Source of the DNA: Halarcobacter sp.
Lineage (GTDB): Bacteria; Campylobacterota; Campylobacteria; Campylobacterales; Arcobacteraceae
Assembly: GCA_963676565.1 (NCBI GenBank)
Contig: OY781089.1
Coordinates: forward strand, 384,001-448,000
Length of the DNA: 64,000 nucleotides
Direction: 5' to 3'
The position numbers were made by a program, and so were the translations under genes. The notes beneath the pieces were generated by a model, which saw only the letters and a program-made list of their open reading frames with translations, ran no database searches and had not been told where the DNA came from. Numbering within the stretch: position 1 is the stretch's first letter; every line of letters starts with the position of its first letter. Positions 52,282-62,243 of the stretch are shown here, in pieces.

Positions 52282-53846
52282 TGACTAAAATCACTAAAAA
52301 AGAGTTATTTAATTTATTAAGAGCTAGACATCAAGGGGAAAAGTACACAAAACTTGCTGAACTTCCAACCCCTGATAGCTTCAAAGATATCGACAAGGCT
52401 TCAAAAAGAATTAAAGAAGCTATAAGAAGCAACGAACAAATCACTATTGTAGGTGATTATGATGTTGATGGTGTTGTTTCAACTACTATTATTGTTGATT
52501 TTTTTAGAAAAATTGGTGTAAATGTAAATTACATTATCCCTAATAGATTTGAACACGGTTATGGATTAAGCCCTAAAATAGTTGATATGATTAATGAAGG
52601 TTTAGTAATAACTGTAGACAATGGTATTTCAGCTTGTAAAGCAGCAATAAAACTAAAAGAAAAAAACATTGATTTAATCATAACAGACCATCATACAGTT
52701 GGTAGTGAAATCCCAAATGCATATGCTATTATAAATCCTAAACAAGAAGATTGCACCTTCCCTTTTAAAGATATTTGTGGAGCTCAAGTTGCTTGGTATT
52801 TATGTGCTTCACTAAAAAAAGAACTTGATCTTGATATAAATCTACAAGAGTTTTTTGATCTTTTATGTGTGGCTATTATTGCTGATATTATGCCAATGAC
52901 AAGTCTTAACTATACCATGGTTAGACAAGGTTTAAAGATGATAAAAAAATCAACTAGACCTGCTTTTATGAAGATAAATGAGATGATGCAAAAAGACTTG
53001 TATGTATCAGATGACATTGGTTTTACAATTGCACCAAAGATAAATAGTGCAGGAAGAATGGATGACGCTTCAGTAGCCTTAGCTTTTTTACTTTCACAAA
53101 ATCAATATGAAGCCAATGATGCACTACAAATGCTAGAAGAGCTAAATTGCTACAGAAAAACTTTACAAGAAGAGATTTCACAAAAAGCAAATAATGCAAC
53201 AAACCCTCAAGATAATGCAGTTGTAGTTTGGGGAGAAGATTGGCATGAAGGTGTTATAGGTATTGTTGCTTCAAAACTATCAAATTCGTATAAAAAGCCT
53301 GCTTTTATTTTCTCAATAAAAAATGGAATTGCAAAGGGAAGTGCTAGAGCAAATGCGAATATAAATCTTCATACAATTATAACTGAAACCGCTGATTTAC
53401 TTATAGGGTTTGGTGGTCATAAAAATGCTGCTGGATTATCCCTTGAAGCTAAAAATCTAGAAGAGTTTAAAAATAGAATAAACCAACTTTTAAATGTGGA
53501 GCCTGAAGAATTACATATAGAACATGATGTTTTAGGTGAACTTGATGTATCAAGTGTTGACTTAGAATTTTTAGATATTATTGAAAAATTTGAACCCTAT
53601 GGATTACAAAACCATAGGCCTATTTTTAAAATTAGCAATTCAAAAGTGATTAGATCAGAGCTTTTTGGCAAAGATAAAAACCATTTAAAATTAACTCTAA
53701 ATAACAATGGATATGTTTTTGAGGCTTTAAGATTTCATGCAGATAGAAAGATTTTAGCAGATTATATTGATATGGTTGTATCAGTAAATAAAAATGAATT
53801 TAGAGGGCAAATAAACCCTCAGTTTTTGATTCAGGATATATTATAA
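52281..53846 (+). CDS. recJ: Single-stranded-DNA exonuclease RecJ
   Basis: GDYDVDG, ITVDNG, TDHH, APKINSAGR, GGHKNAAG. Confidence 0.96.
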   Translation: MTKITKKELFNLLRARHQGEKYTKLAELPTPDSFKDIDKASKRIKEAIRSNEQITIVGDYDVDGVVSTTIIVDFFRKIGVNVNYIIPNRFEHGYGLSPKIVDMINEGLVITVDNGISACKAAIKLKEKNIDLIITDHHTVGSEIPNAYAIINPKQEDCTFPFKDICGAQVAWYLCASLKKELDLDINLQEFFDLLCVAIIADIMPMTSLNYTMVRQGLKMIKKSTRPAFMKINEMMQKDLYVSDDIGFTIAPKINSAGRMDDASVALAFLLSQNQYEANDALQMLEELNCYRKTLQEEISQKANNATNPQDNAVVVWGEDWHEGVIGIVASKLSNSYKKPAFIFSIKNGIAKGSARANANINLHTIITETADLLIGFGGHKNAAGLSLEAKNLEEFKNRINQLLNVEPEELHIEHDVLGELDVSSVDLEFLDIIEKFEPYGLQNHRPIFKISNSKVIRSELFGKDKNHLKLTLNNNGYVFEALRFHADRKILADYIDMVVSVNKNEFRGQINPQFLIQDIL

Positions 53847-54449
53847 GACCATTGGTGTAATTACATGTGGTCTTCTACTTTCCTTTTCCATTTCTCTAAT
53901 CTCACCATCCATTAGAGTTGAGCCTGTTGCTGAACTTAATATTGTTCCATTTTGGATATCAACTAATCTCATAAATACAATTAAACTCTCTTTTGTAAAA
54001 GTATAACTTCCAATAAGTGCATATTGACTATCTAATTCATTTTGAATGATTTCACTATGTTTTCTTGTAAGCATATTAAATCCACTTTTACCATATTGGA
54101 AATATCTACTTAGCTCAACTTGTTTAATTATAATTCCTCTATTTGAAATAGAGTTTTTTAAATTTTCAGCTAATAAAAAACCTAATTTTGATTTATTGTT
54201 TAATTTCTCAATATTTACAAAATCTGAAATTAATACAACCTCATCTTTTAATGTAGTTAAAATTTTCTTTTCTTGCTTTTTGACTAAACTTTCAACTAAA
54301 GACCCAAAACTGTTTGCGCCACTTAAATCTTTATGGTTTATAATTGCAAAATCTTTAACAACTAAATTAGGTTGTGAACAAGAAATGAAAGATATAGGAA
54401 GTATTAAAAGTGTAAAAACTTTTAATACTTTGAAAAATTGAAGTTTCAT
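53841..54449 (-). CDS. FlgO-family outer-membrane lipoprotein
   Basis: Lipobox-like FISC; DFVNIEKL..S.LG...E.L; similar to the upstream neighbour. Confidence 0.72.
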   Translation of the reverse strand: MKLQFFKVLKVFTLLILPISFISCSQPNLVVKDFAIINHKDLSGANSFGSLVESLVKKQEKKILTTLKDEVVLISDFVNIEKLNNKSKLGFLLAENLKNSISNRGIIIKQVELSRYFQYGKSGFNMLTRKHSEIIQNELDSQYALIGSYTFTKESLIVFMRLVDIQNGTILSSATGSTLMDGEIREMEKESRRPHVITPMVL

Positions 54450-54454
54450 TAAAT

Positions 54455-55162
54455 CTATTTTTCTTCTATAATTTTAATAGTTCTTGCAGGTTGACAATCT
54501 TTGAAAATTAAACAGTCATTTTTCATATTATGGTTATATGTTGCCCTTGCACTTGTTATTATTCTTCCTGTAATATTGTCCATTACCCTTGCGTTTAACA
54601 TAACCTTACCATACTGTCTTGAGTAAGTTCCCACTACAACATAAGTATTTGGAACTTTATCTTTTAGTTTATGAGGGTTTCTTGTAATAAAATATTCACC
54701 TCTTTCATTAATTGAAACAGCCATTTGACCTCTATATTCAATTATATTGAAACCTCTATTTGACATCTCATTAATCAAACTTTCACTAACAATTCTTCCA
54801 AACTCAGTTGTTCTTTTAAAATTGTCTAATCTAACAAATGATGTGATTAAAACAGGTTTGCTAGTTGACATTTTTTGATTTCTCATCATTTGTGTAGCCA
54901 ATGAATTAATTGTAGCTTCTAAAGTAGATTGAGAAGTGATATTCATTTGCCTATCATTTGCAATTTGAATATGTTGTTTTGTAATTTGAACATCTTGATT
55001 TTCTTTTTCAACATTCTTATCAACATACGTTTTTTGTTCAGTACTTTTTGTAGTATTTGTTTTACTTGTATTTTCTGAACTTGTAAGATTTGAAAGACTA
55101 CATCCTGCAAATAAAGATACAGAGGCAATTACAAGACATGATTTAGCAAAAGTTTTAAGCAT
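54455..55162 (-). CDS. FlgO-family outer-membrane lipoprotein
   Basis: Lipobox FAGC; ITSFVRLDNFKRTTEFGRIVSESLI...GEYFITR...VVVGTY. Confidence 0.78.
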   Translation of the reverse strand: MLKTFAKSCLVIASVSLFAGCSLSNLTSSENTSKTNTTKSTEQKTYVDKNVEKENQDVQITKQHIQIANDRQMNITSQSTLEATINSLATQMMRNQKMSTSKPVLITSFVRLDNFKRTTEFGRIVSESLINEMSNRGFNIIEYRGQMAVSINERGEYFITRNPHKLKDKVPNTYVVVGTYSRQYGKVMLNARVMDNITGRIITSARATYNHNMKNDCLIFKDCQPARTIKIIEEK

Positions 55163-55304
55163 AAAATCCCCTTTTTATAGTTCTTAAGATTTTATTAAAA
55201 AATAACTTATATTTTCTTAAAAACCTAACCAAAAGACCCCTTACAAAGTCCCATTTTTTCAAACTTATGATAAAATCTCAATTATATTAGAAAAAGGAGT
55301 TTAT

Positions 55305-55859
55305 ATGTCAAAAGTTTTAGTAATAATTTCTAGTGGATTTGAAGAGATTGAAACTGTTTCAATCATTGATATTTTAAGAAGAGCAAAGGTTGATGTAACT
55401 ATAGCAACAATCAATGATATATTTACACAAGGGGCTCATTCAATTACAATAAAAGCAGATGAAAAGCTTGAAAATGTTTCTGATTTAAATAGCTTTGATA
55501 TGGTAGCTCTTCCAGGAGGAGCACAAAACTGTCAGAATCTAGCTAGCTCACAACTTGTAAAAGATACTTTACAAAAAATGAAAGACTCTGATAAATACGT
55601 AACAGCTATTTGTGCCTCGCCCTATGCTTTACATGAGGCAAAGGTTTTAAATAATACTTATACTTGTTATCCTAGTTTTGAGAAAAAAATTGATTCGGCT
55701 ACATATACAGACAAACAAGATGTTGTAATAGATGAAAAAGTTATTACTTCAAGGGGACCAGCAACAGCAATGCAATTTGCTTTAGAATTAGTAAAAACCT
55801 TAGAAGGGGAAGAGACTTTTAAAAATATAAAAGATGGACTTTTAGTTTCACATTTTTAG
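55305..55859 (+). CDS. DJ-1/YajL/ThiJ family protein
   Basis: GFEEIE, DILRRA, LPGG, AICASP, TCYP, ITSRGPATA. Confidence 0.93.
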   Translation: MSKVLVIISSGFEEIETVSIIDILRRAKVDVTIATINDIFTQGAHSITIKADEKLENVSDLNSFDMVALPGGAQNCQNLASSQLVKDTLQKMKDSDKYVTAICASPYALHEAKVLNNTYTCYPSFEKKIDSATYTDKQDVVIDEKVITSRGPATAMQFALELVKTLEGEETFKNIKDGLLVSHF

Positions 55860-56999
55860 TTTTTCTAAAATCTCTTGATTTTTATTCCAAAAATCTAAAA
55901 AACTATGGGAGATAGATTTATCTCTCATAAAATAATAGGCTTTTTCTTTTTTTGAATAATAAACCTCATCTTTTTTTGACATTTTTAAAATAGCTTCACT
56001 TAATTGGGTTTCATTATCTAAATCTATTATATATCCACAATCATCTTTTACAAAAGTTTTTGGTCCCCCTTTATTTGTAACAATAACAGGAATTCCTGAT
56101 GACATAGCTTCCATAACAACTTGCCCTAGAGTATCTGTAGTTGAAGGGAAAATAAAACAATCACTTGAAGCATAAAGTTGAGATAATTCTAACTCTTGCT
56201 TCCTACCAACTAAAGTGATATTACTTTTTTTTAGTTCATCTTTATTTAAAAACTCAATCTCTTTATCTCCAACAAGAATTAATTCACACTCTTTAAAGAA
56301 ATTTTCTTTCCAGACCTTTAAAAGAATATCAACATTTTTTTCAACAGAAATTCTACCTGTATATAAAAATTTAAACCTATTTTGTTGGATACCATACTTT
56401 TCCCAGATTGAATCATCTTTAAACTTTTTATCAAAATTTTTTATATCAATCCCCGCTTTTAAAATATATAAATCTTCTTTTTTGAAATTTAGTTGATCTT
56501 CAATGGTTTTAAAATATTCTTCTGACCTAGAAAAAAGAGCTTTATAGCTTCTATAAAATAGTTTTAAAAATAAAATAGTCCCATTTTTGACAAATTTACT
56601 TTTTGTATTTTTGTACATATAAGCAGGAAAATCTGTGTGATAAATCCCAACAACTGGTATTTTAAGTATTTTCGCACTAATAAGTGCACACAAACCAACA
56701 GTCCCTGGAGTTGATATATGTAACAAATCAGGGTTTAATTTTTTTATCTCTTTTTTTATTTTAAAAAAATTTGGCATAACTAAATCCAATGATTTATAAA
56801 AAGGCATTTTCATAGTAAATATAGGCTTGATATTTTTTATATTAGATATTTTTTCATAATGGTTTTTTTTAGTTGATGTAATAACATAAAAATCTTTTTT
56901 TAAAACTAAGGCTTCCTTTGAAAAATCCTGGATAAATCTTGAAACACCATTAACATCATATACAGTATCACTTACTAAACAAATTTTTATTTTTTCCAT
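55848..56999 (-). CDS. GT4 glycosyltransferase, Agt/MgtA-like (glycosyl-diacylglycerol synthase candidate)
   Basis: SDT..DVNGVS, PDLLHISTPG, YHTDFPAY, GRISVEKN, FPSTTDTLGQVVMEAMSSG. Confidence 0.85.
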   Translation of the reverse strand: MEKIKICLVSDTVYDVNGVSRFIQDFSKEALVLKKDFYVITSTKKNHYEKISNIKNIKPIFTMKMPFYKSLDLVMPNFFKIKKEIKKLNPDLLHISTPGTVGLCALISAKILKIPVVGIYHTDFPAYMYKNTKSKFVKNGTILFLKLFYRSYKALFSRSEEYFKTIEDQLNFKKEDLYILKAGIDIKNFDKKFKDDSIWEKYGIQQNRFKFLYTGRISVEKNVDILLKVWKENFFKECELILVGDKEIEFLNKDELKKSNITLVGRKQELELSQLYASSDCFIFPSTTDTLGQVVMEAMSSGIPVIVTNKGGPKTFVKDDCGYIIDLDNETQLSEAILKMSKKDEVYYSKKEKAYYFMRDKSISHSFLDFWNKNQEILEKLKM

Positions 57000-57078
57000 T
57001 TAAATATTCTATTACTTGTTGATTACATGGGTGTTACATGTTATTAAGTTGTAATCAAAGGGTAATAAAATCCATTTC
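57000..57078. promoter_or_regulatory. Divergent promoter region with 11-bp-spaced (A/G)TTAC(A/T) repeats (Pho-box-like)
   Basis: ATTACT 57011, ATTACA 57022, GTTACA 57033; inverted GTAAT 57051 and 57062; -10-like TAAAAT (+, 57066) and TAGAAT (-, 57006-57011). Confidence 0.6.
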
Positions 57079-57816
57079 ATGAAATACAAAAGCATATTTA
57101 TATCAGATGTCCATTTAGGGACAAAATTTTCAAATACGAAAAAACTTTTAGACTTTTTTAAAAATAATGAAAGTGAAAATCTATTTTTAGTAGGTGATAT
57201 TATTGATGGATGGGCTATAAAAAGAAAATTCATATGGCCTCAATCTCACTCTGATGTTATTCAAAAAATATTGAAAAGAGCTAGAAAAGGTTGTAATGTA
57301 GTATTTATAACCGGTAATCATGATGAGTTTTTAAGACCTTTTGTTCCATTAGTTTTAGGAAATTCTTTGGATATAAAAAATGAGATTGAATACACTGCAA
57401 TAAATGGAGAAAAATATTTAGTTACCCATGGAGACTTTTATGATTCAATCACTATGACAAAAAGATGGCTTGCCGTTATAGGTGATTATGGATATGACTT
57501 TTTATTAAATTTAAATCAAATATTTAATGTTATTAGATTAAGATTAGGTATTAAATCAAAGTGGTCCCTTTCTAAATATATAAAAGATAATGTTAAACAA
57601 TCTGTTTCATTTATAACTGACTTTGAAGATACTTTAGCAAGCCATGCAAAACATAAGGGATACAAAGGTATCATTTGTGGACACATTCATAAAGCTGAAA
57701 TTAAAGATATAAATACAATAGAATATATCAATTGTGGAGACTGGGTTGAGTCTTGTACTGCTATTGTTGAAACATATGAAGGTGAGTTTAAAATTATTAA
57801 CTGGTTAGAGGATTAA
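57079..57816 (+). CDS. plcP: PlcP-like phospholipase C / LpxH2-type metallophosphoesterase
   Basis: ISDVHLG, GDIIDGW, WPQSHSDVIQKILKRARKG, GNHDE, HGD, CGHIH, GDWVESCTA; divergent from a GT4 gene. Confidence 0.75.
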   Translation: MKYKSIFISDVHLGTKFSNTKKLLDFFKNNESENLFLVGDIIDGWAIKRKFIWPQSHSDVIQKILKRARKGCNVVFITGNHDEFLRPFVPLVLGNSLDIKNEIEYTAINGEKYLVTHGDFYDSITMTKRWLAVIGDYGYDFLLNLNQIFNVIRLRLGIKSKWSLSKYIKDNVKQSVSFITDFEDTLASHAKHKGYKGIICGHIHKAEIKDINTIEYINCGDWVESCTAIVETYEGEFKIINWLED

Positions 57817-58592
57817 TGGATAAAAAATTAGCTATTACTTTAGGTGGAGGTGCTGCAAGAGGTGCTTTTCATCTTGGTGTCTTAGATTTTATGGAAGAGA
57901 ATAATATCCAAATTGATGCCTATTCAGGTAGTTCAATTGGAGCTATTATTTCAGCATCACACTCATCAGGGGTAAAAGCAAAAGAACAATTAAAAATATT
58001 CTCTTCAAAAGAGTTAAAAAGTGTTTTAAAATTCAACTATTTTAAAAATGGTTTATTAAAAATTGAAAGAAACCACAAGATATTAAACGACTTACTTCCC
58101 GTTTCAAGACTTGAAGAAATGCCAAAAAAAGTATATGTGACTGCCTATGATTTGAAAAAAAGGCAATTACACTATTTTGATAAAGGGGATTCTCATATTT
58201 TATGTATGGCATCAAGTGCTTTAATCCCACTGTTTAAACCAATCTCTTATGAAAATATGTATCTAATTGATGGTGGACTTTTTGATTGTTTACCAATAAA
58301 AGTTTTTAAAAAAGAAGAATATGAAGTTTTTGCAATTGACCTTTTCCCAAAGGGTCATAGAAAAATTAAAAAATTTAAATTAAACCCTATTAAATATTTG
58401 AAAAAAGGTCTTTTCACACAACTTTATGCAAATCATTCATACTCTATTTTAAATTCAAATACATATCTAGGAAGTTATGAAATAAGAGATTATTCAATGT
58501 TTACCTTCAAAGAATTAAATGACTGCTTTAACTTTGGATATAAAGAAGCAAAAAAGATTTTTCTAACTAATAAATCTACTCTTAAAGTATAA
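57816..58592 (+). CDS. Patatin-like phospholipase
   Basis: LGGGAARGAFHLG, GSSIG nucleophile, DGG; TAATG-coupled to the upstream gene. Confidence 0.93.
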   Translation: MDKKLAITLGGGAARGAFHLGVLDFMEENNIQIDAYSGSSIGAIISASHSSGVKAKEQLKIFSSKELKSVLKFNYFKNGLLKIERNHKILNDLLPVSRLEEMPKKVYVTAYDLKKRQLHYFDKGDSHILCMASSALIPLFKPISYENMYLIDGGLFDCLPIKVFKKEEYEVFAIDLFPKGHRKIKKFKLNPIKYLKKGLFTQLYANHSYSILNSNTYLGSYEIRDYSMFTFKELNDCFNFGYKEAKKIFLTNKSTLKV

Positions 58593-58676
58593 AATTAACC
58601 CCTAGATTTTTTTAAGACTTTTATGTGTCATTGGATATAATCACAAAAAATTAAATCTATACAAAAAGTTAAAAAC

Positions 58677-61600
58677 ATGTCACAAACTCCACAATTTACA
58701 CACTTACATTTACATACAGAATATTCACTTTTAGATGGTGCCAATAAAATTAAACCCCTTGCAAAAAAAGTAAAAGCAATGGGGATGACAAGTGTTGCAA
58801 TGACAGACCATGGTAACATGTTTGGAGCCATTGACTTTTATAATGCAATGAGAGCAGAAGGTATAAAACCAATCATTGGTATGGAAGCATATATTCACAA
58901 TTCAGAAGATGTTGGCGATAAAACAAATAGACAAAGATTTCACCTATGTTTATATGCAAAAAATGATACAGGATATAAAAACTTAATGTACCTTTCTTCA
59001 CAAGCATATATGTATGGTTTTTATTATTACCCAAGAATAAACAAAAAACTTCTAAGAGAAAATAGTGAAGGACTAGTTTGCTCTGCTGCTTGTTTACAAG
59101 GGGAGATTAACTGGCATCTAAATTTGCAAAATGAAAGAAATGTTAAAAATGGTGCAAAAGGTTATGAAGCTGCAAAAAATATCGCTTTAGAGTACAAAGA
59201 GATTTTTGGGGATGATTTCTACCTTGAAATTATGAGACACGGTATTGGAGATCAACACTTTGTTGATGACCAAATCTTAAAAATTGCACATGAGACTGGT
59301 ATAAAAGTGGTAGCCACAAATGATACCCACTATCTAGAGCAAAAAGATGCTGATGCCCATGAAGCATTTATGTGTATTGCCATGAATAAACTTTATGATG
59401 ACCCAAATAGATTAAGACATAGTGTTCATGAATTTTATTTAAAATCTCCAGAACAAATAGCAAGACTTTATGCAGATATTCCAGAAGCAATTGAATCAAC
59501 TCAAGAGATAGCTGATAAATGTAATTTAGAGATAAAATTAGGTAACCCTACTCCACCAAACTTCAAATTTACAAGGGATAAATTAAAAGAGCAAAACCTT
59601 GAAATACCATTTCCCGATGAGGAATACTCTTTAGAAAATGATAAAGCACTTTTTATTCATGAGTGTTGGAAAGGTTTAGAAGATAGACTTAAAATTGTAC
59701 CTCCTGAGAAGCATCAAGAGTACAGAGATAGATTACAAGTTGAAATTGATATTATCAATAATATGAAATTCCCTGGATATATGCTTATTGTTTGGGACTT
59801 CGTTATTGTTGCAAAACAAATGAAAATCCCAGTTGGACCTGGAAGGGGTTCAGCTGCAGGAAGTTTAGTTGCATATTCTTTATATATTACAGATATTGAC
59901 CCTATGCCATATGGTTTACTTTTTGAGAGATTTCTAAATCCAGAAAGGGTATCGATGCCAGATATCGATATGGACTTCTGTCAAAGTAGAAGAGGTGAAA
60001 TTATTGATTATGTTGTTCAACAATATGGTCGTGCCAATGTTGCACAAATCATTACCTTTGGTAAACTTCTTGCAAAAGGGGTTATTAGAGATGTTGCTAG
60101 AGTTTTAGATATGCCTTACTCAAAAGCTGATGCCATGGCAAAACTTATTCCAGATGAATTAGGAATAAACCTAAGTGATTCATGGGAGAAAGAACCAAAA
60201 ATCAAAGAGCTTTGTGAAACAGACCCTTTGTCAAAAAGAACTTGGGAATTTGCTTTAGCTTTAGAAGGATTAAATAGAAATGCTGGTACTCACGCCGCTG
60301 GAGTTGTTATTTCAAATGAGCCTTTATGGAAAAAAACCCCATTATTTAAACCAAGTGGATTAGATACACTTGCAACACAATATAATGGTAAATATGTTGA
60401 AGACGTTGACTTAATTAAATTCGACTTCTTAGGTCTTAAAACCCTTACAGTAATTGAAGAAGCAAATAAACTTGTAGAAAAAAGACATGGGAAAAGAATC
60501 AACTTCATACTTGAAGATGTAAATGATCCTGGAGTTTACGAGCTGATTCAGTCGGGAAATACAATTGGATTATTCCAGATAGAATCTGCTGGTATGCAAG
60601 ACCTTGCAAAAAGATTAAAACCTTCAGGATTTGAAGATATTATTGCGATGCTTGCACTTTATAGACCAGGTCCAATGGAGTCAGGGATGCTTGATGACTT
60701 TATTGATAGAAAGCATGGACGAGCAGAAATATCTTATTTCTATGATGAATTTGTTGAGCCTTTAAAACCAATCCTTGAACCAACATATGGGGTTATTGTT
60801 TACCAAGAGCAAGTTATGCAAATTGTACAAACTATTGGTGGATTTAGCCTTGGTGGTGCCGACTTAGTTAGACGGGCAATGGGTAAAAAGATTAAAGAGG
60901 AGATGGATAGACTAAAAGGTGAATTTGCTGAAGGTGGAGTAAAAAAAGGTTATGTAAAAGAGCATTGTGAAGAGCTTTTCGACCTGATTGTAAAATTTGC
61001 CGGATATGGATTTAATAAATCTCACTCAGCAGCTTATGGACTTGTAACTTTCTATACAAGTTTTCTAAAAAAATATTACCCTACAGAGTTTATGGCAGCT
61101 TTACTTACACTTGAAAAAGATAATACAGATAAAGTTGTAAAGTATGTGGACGAAGTTAAAAGAATGGGAATTGAACTATTCCCACCTGATATTAATAAAT
61201 CTTTCTCTGTATTTTCAGCAAGACAAACAGATGGACAAGAAGTAGTAATGTTTGGTATGGGTGCCATAAAAGGTGCTGGGGATGTAGCAATTAACCAAAT
61301 TATTAAAGAAAGAGATGAAAATGGTGAGTTTAAAGATTTATCTGATTTTATCTCTAGAATTGATGGTAGTAAAGTAAATAAAAGAGTTATTGAAGCCTTA
61401 ATCAAAGCTGGTGCTTTAGATGGTTTTCACTATTCAAGAAAAGCAATGTTAGAACAAATTGAGATAATTGGTGAAACTGTTGGAAAGGCAATGCTTGCTA
61501 AAAAGATGTCAACTGGTTCTTTATTTGGAGATAGCGAAGAATTAACAAGGGTAGAAATAGAACTTGAACATCTTCCTGAGTTTGAACCAAAGGAGATTTT

Positions 61601-62243
61601 AGAGTTTGAAAAAGCCTCATTAGGTTTTTATGTATCTGGACATCCCCTTGATGGATATAGAGATGAACTAGATAAAATTAAATATACCCTAAGTTCAGCA
61701 ATTGACGAAGTTGCAGATGGTTCACAAGCTCTTATAATTGGAAAGATTGAAGGGATAACTCAAAAAATCTCTAAAAAAGGTAATAAATTTGGTATAGCAA
61801 ATGTACTTGACCTTCACGGAAATATTGAGATTATGCTTTTTGAAAATAGGTTAAAAGAGTTAGAAGATGACTTTGGTATCGATTTATCTAATCCATGGGA
61901 TTCAGAGCCAATTGCCTTTAAAGTAAAGGTTACTAAAGATGGTGACTTTACAAGAATGAATATTCTAAAAATCGAATCTTTAGAAGATGCAAAAAAAGAC
62001 AAGATTAAAACAAAACGTATTGAAAAAGAGGAGCCCCCATTAACAATTGCACTTCCCCATACAGATAATGCAGATAGTGTATACAAACTATTTGATATTG
62101 TTGCAAATAATCAAGGGAAACGCCCCCTTAAAATTGTTGTAAAAGCAAAACTAGCTGACATAGAATTAGAAAGTGGCTTTAGTGTAACTTCTAAAGTAGA
62201 AGAATTAATAAAAAGTATTGATGGAGCATATGTAGTAGCATGA
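58677..62243 (+). CDS. dnaE: DNA polymerase III subunit alpha
   Basis: HLHLHTEYSLLDG, GPGRGSAAGS, FERFLNPERVSMPDIDMDF, KFDFLGL, YGFNKSH. Confidence 0.98.
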   Translation: MSQTPQFTHLHLHTEYSLLDGANKIKPLAKKVKAMGMTSVAMTDHGNMFGAIDFYNAMRAEGIKPIIGMEAYIHNSEDVGDKTNRQRFHLCLYAKNDTGYKNLMYLSSQAYMYGFYYYPRINKKLLRENSEGLVCSAACLQGEINWHLNLQNERNVKNGAKGYEAAKNIALEYKEIFGDDFYLEIMRHGIGDQHFVDDQILKIAHETGIKVVATNDTHYLEQKDADAHEAFMCIAMNKLYDDPNRLRHSVHEFYLKSPEQIARLYADIPEAIESTQEIADKCNLEIKLGNPTPPNFKFTRDKLKEQNLEIPFPDEEYSLENDKALFIHECWKGLEDRLKIVPPEKHQEYRDRLQVEIDIINNMKFPGYMLIVWDFVIVAKQMKIPVGPGRGSAAGSLVAYSLYITDIDPMPYGLLFERFLNPERVSMPDIDMDFCQSRRGEIIDYVVQQYGRANVAQIITFGKLLAKGVIRDVARVLDMPYSKADAMAKLIPDELGINLSDSWEKEPKIKELCETDPLSKRTWEFALALEGLNRNAGTHAAGVVISNEPLWKKTPLFKPSGLDTLATQYNGKYVEDVDLIKFDFLGLKTLTVIEEANKLVEKRHGKRINFILEDVNDPGVYELIQSGNTIGLFQIESAGMQDLAKRLKPSGFEDIIAMLALYRPGPMESGMLDDFIDRKHGRAEISYFYDEFVEPLKPILEPTYGVIVYQEQVMQIVQTIGGFSLGGADLVRRAMGKKIKEEMDRLKGEFAEGGVKKGYVKEHCEELFDLIVKFAGYGFNKSHSAAYGLVTFYTSFLKKYYPTEFMAALLTLEKDNTDKVVKYVDEVKRMGIELFPPDINKSFSVFSARQTDGQEVVMFGMGAIKGAGDVAINQIIKERDENGEFKDLSDFISRIDGSKVNKRVIEALIKAGALDGFHYSRKAMLEQIEIIGETVGKAMLAKKMSTGSLFGDSEELTRVEIELEHLPEFEPKEILEFEKASLGFYVSGHPLDGYRDELDKIKYTLSSAIDEVADGSQALIIGKIEGITQKISKKGNKFGIANVLDLHGNIEIMLFENRLKELEDDFGIDLSNPWDSEPIAFKVKVTKDGDFTRMNILKIESLEDAKKDKIKTKRIEKEEPPLTIALPHTDNADSVYKLFDIVANNQGKRPLKIVVKAKLADIELESGFSVTSKVEELIKSIDGAYVVA

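Noticed and set aside
57079..57816. Canonical lipid A enzyme LpxH
   Set aside because: Motifs (GNHD rather than GNRD; WPQSH..GDWVESCTA) and the GT4 neighbour fit PlcP/LpxH2 better; not formally excluded without a phylogeny
979..62086. Short antisense or alternate-frame ORFs in the track (e.g. 979..1344, 3379..3720, 38813..39157, 45372..45860, 54046..54441, 57012..57233, 61076..61405)
   Set aside because: They overlap well-supported genes, lack recognisable RBSs and motifs, and have shadow-ORF composition
58677..62243. Intein in DnaE
   Set aside because: Normal length (1188 aa); no C...HN splice junctions or homing-endonuclease motifs
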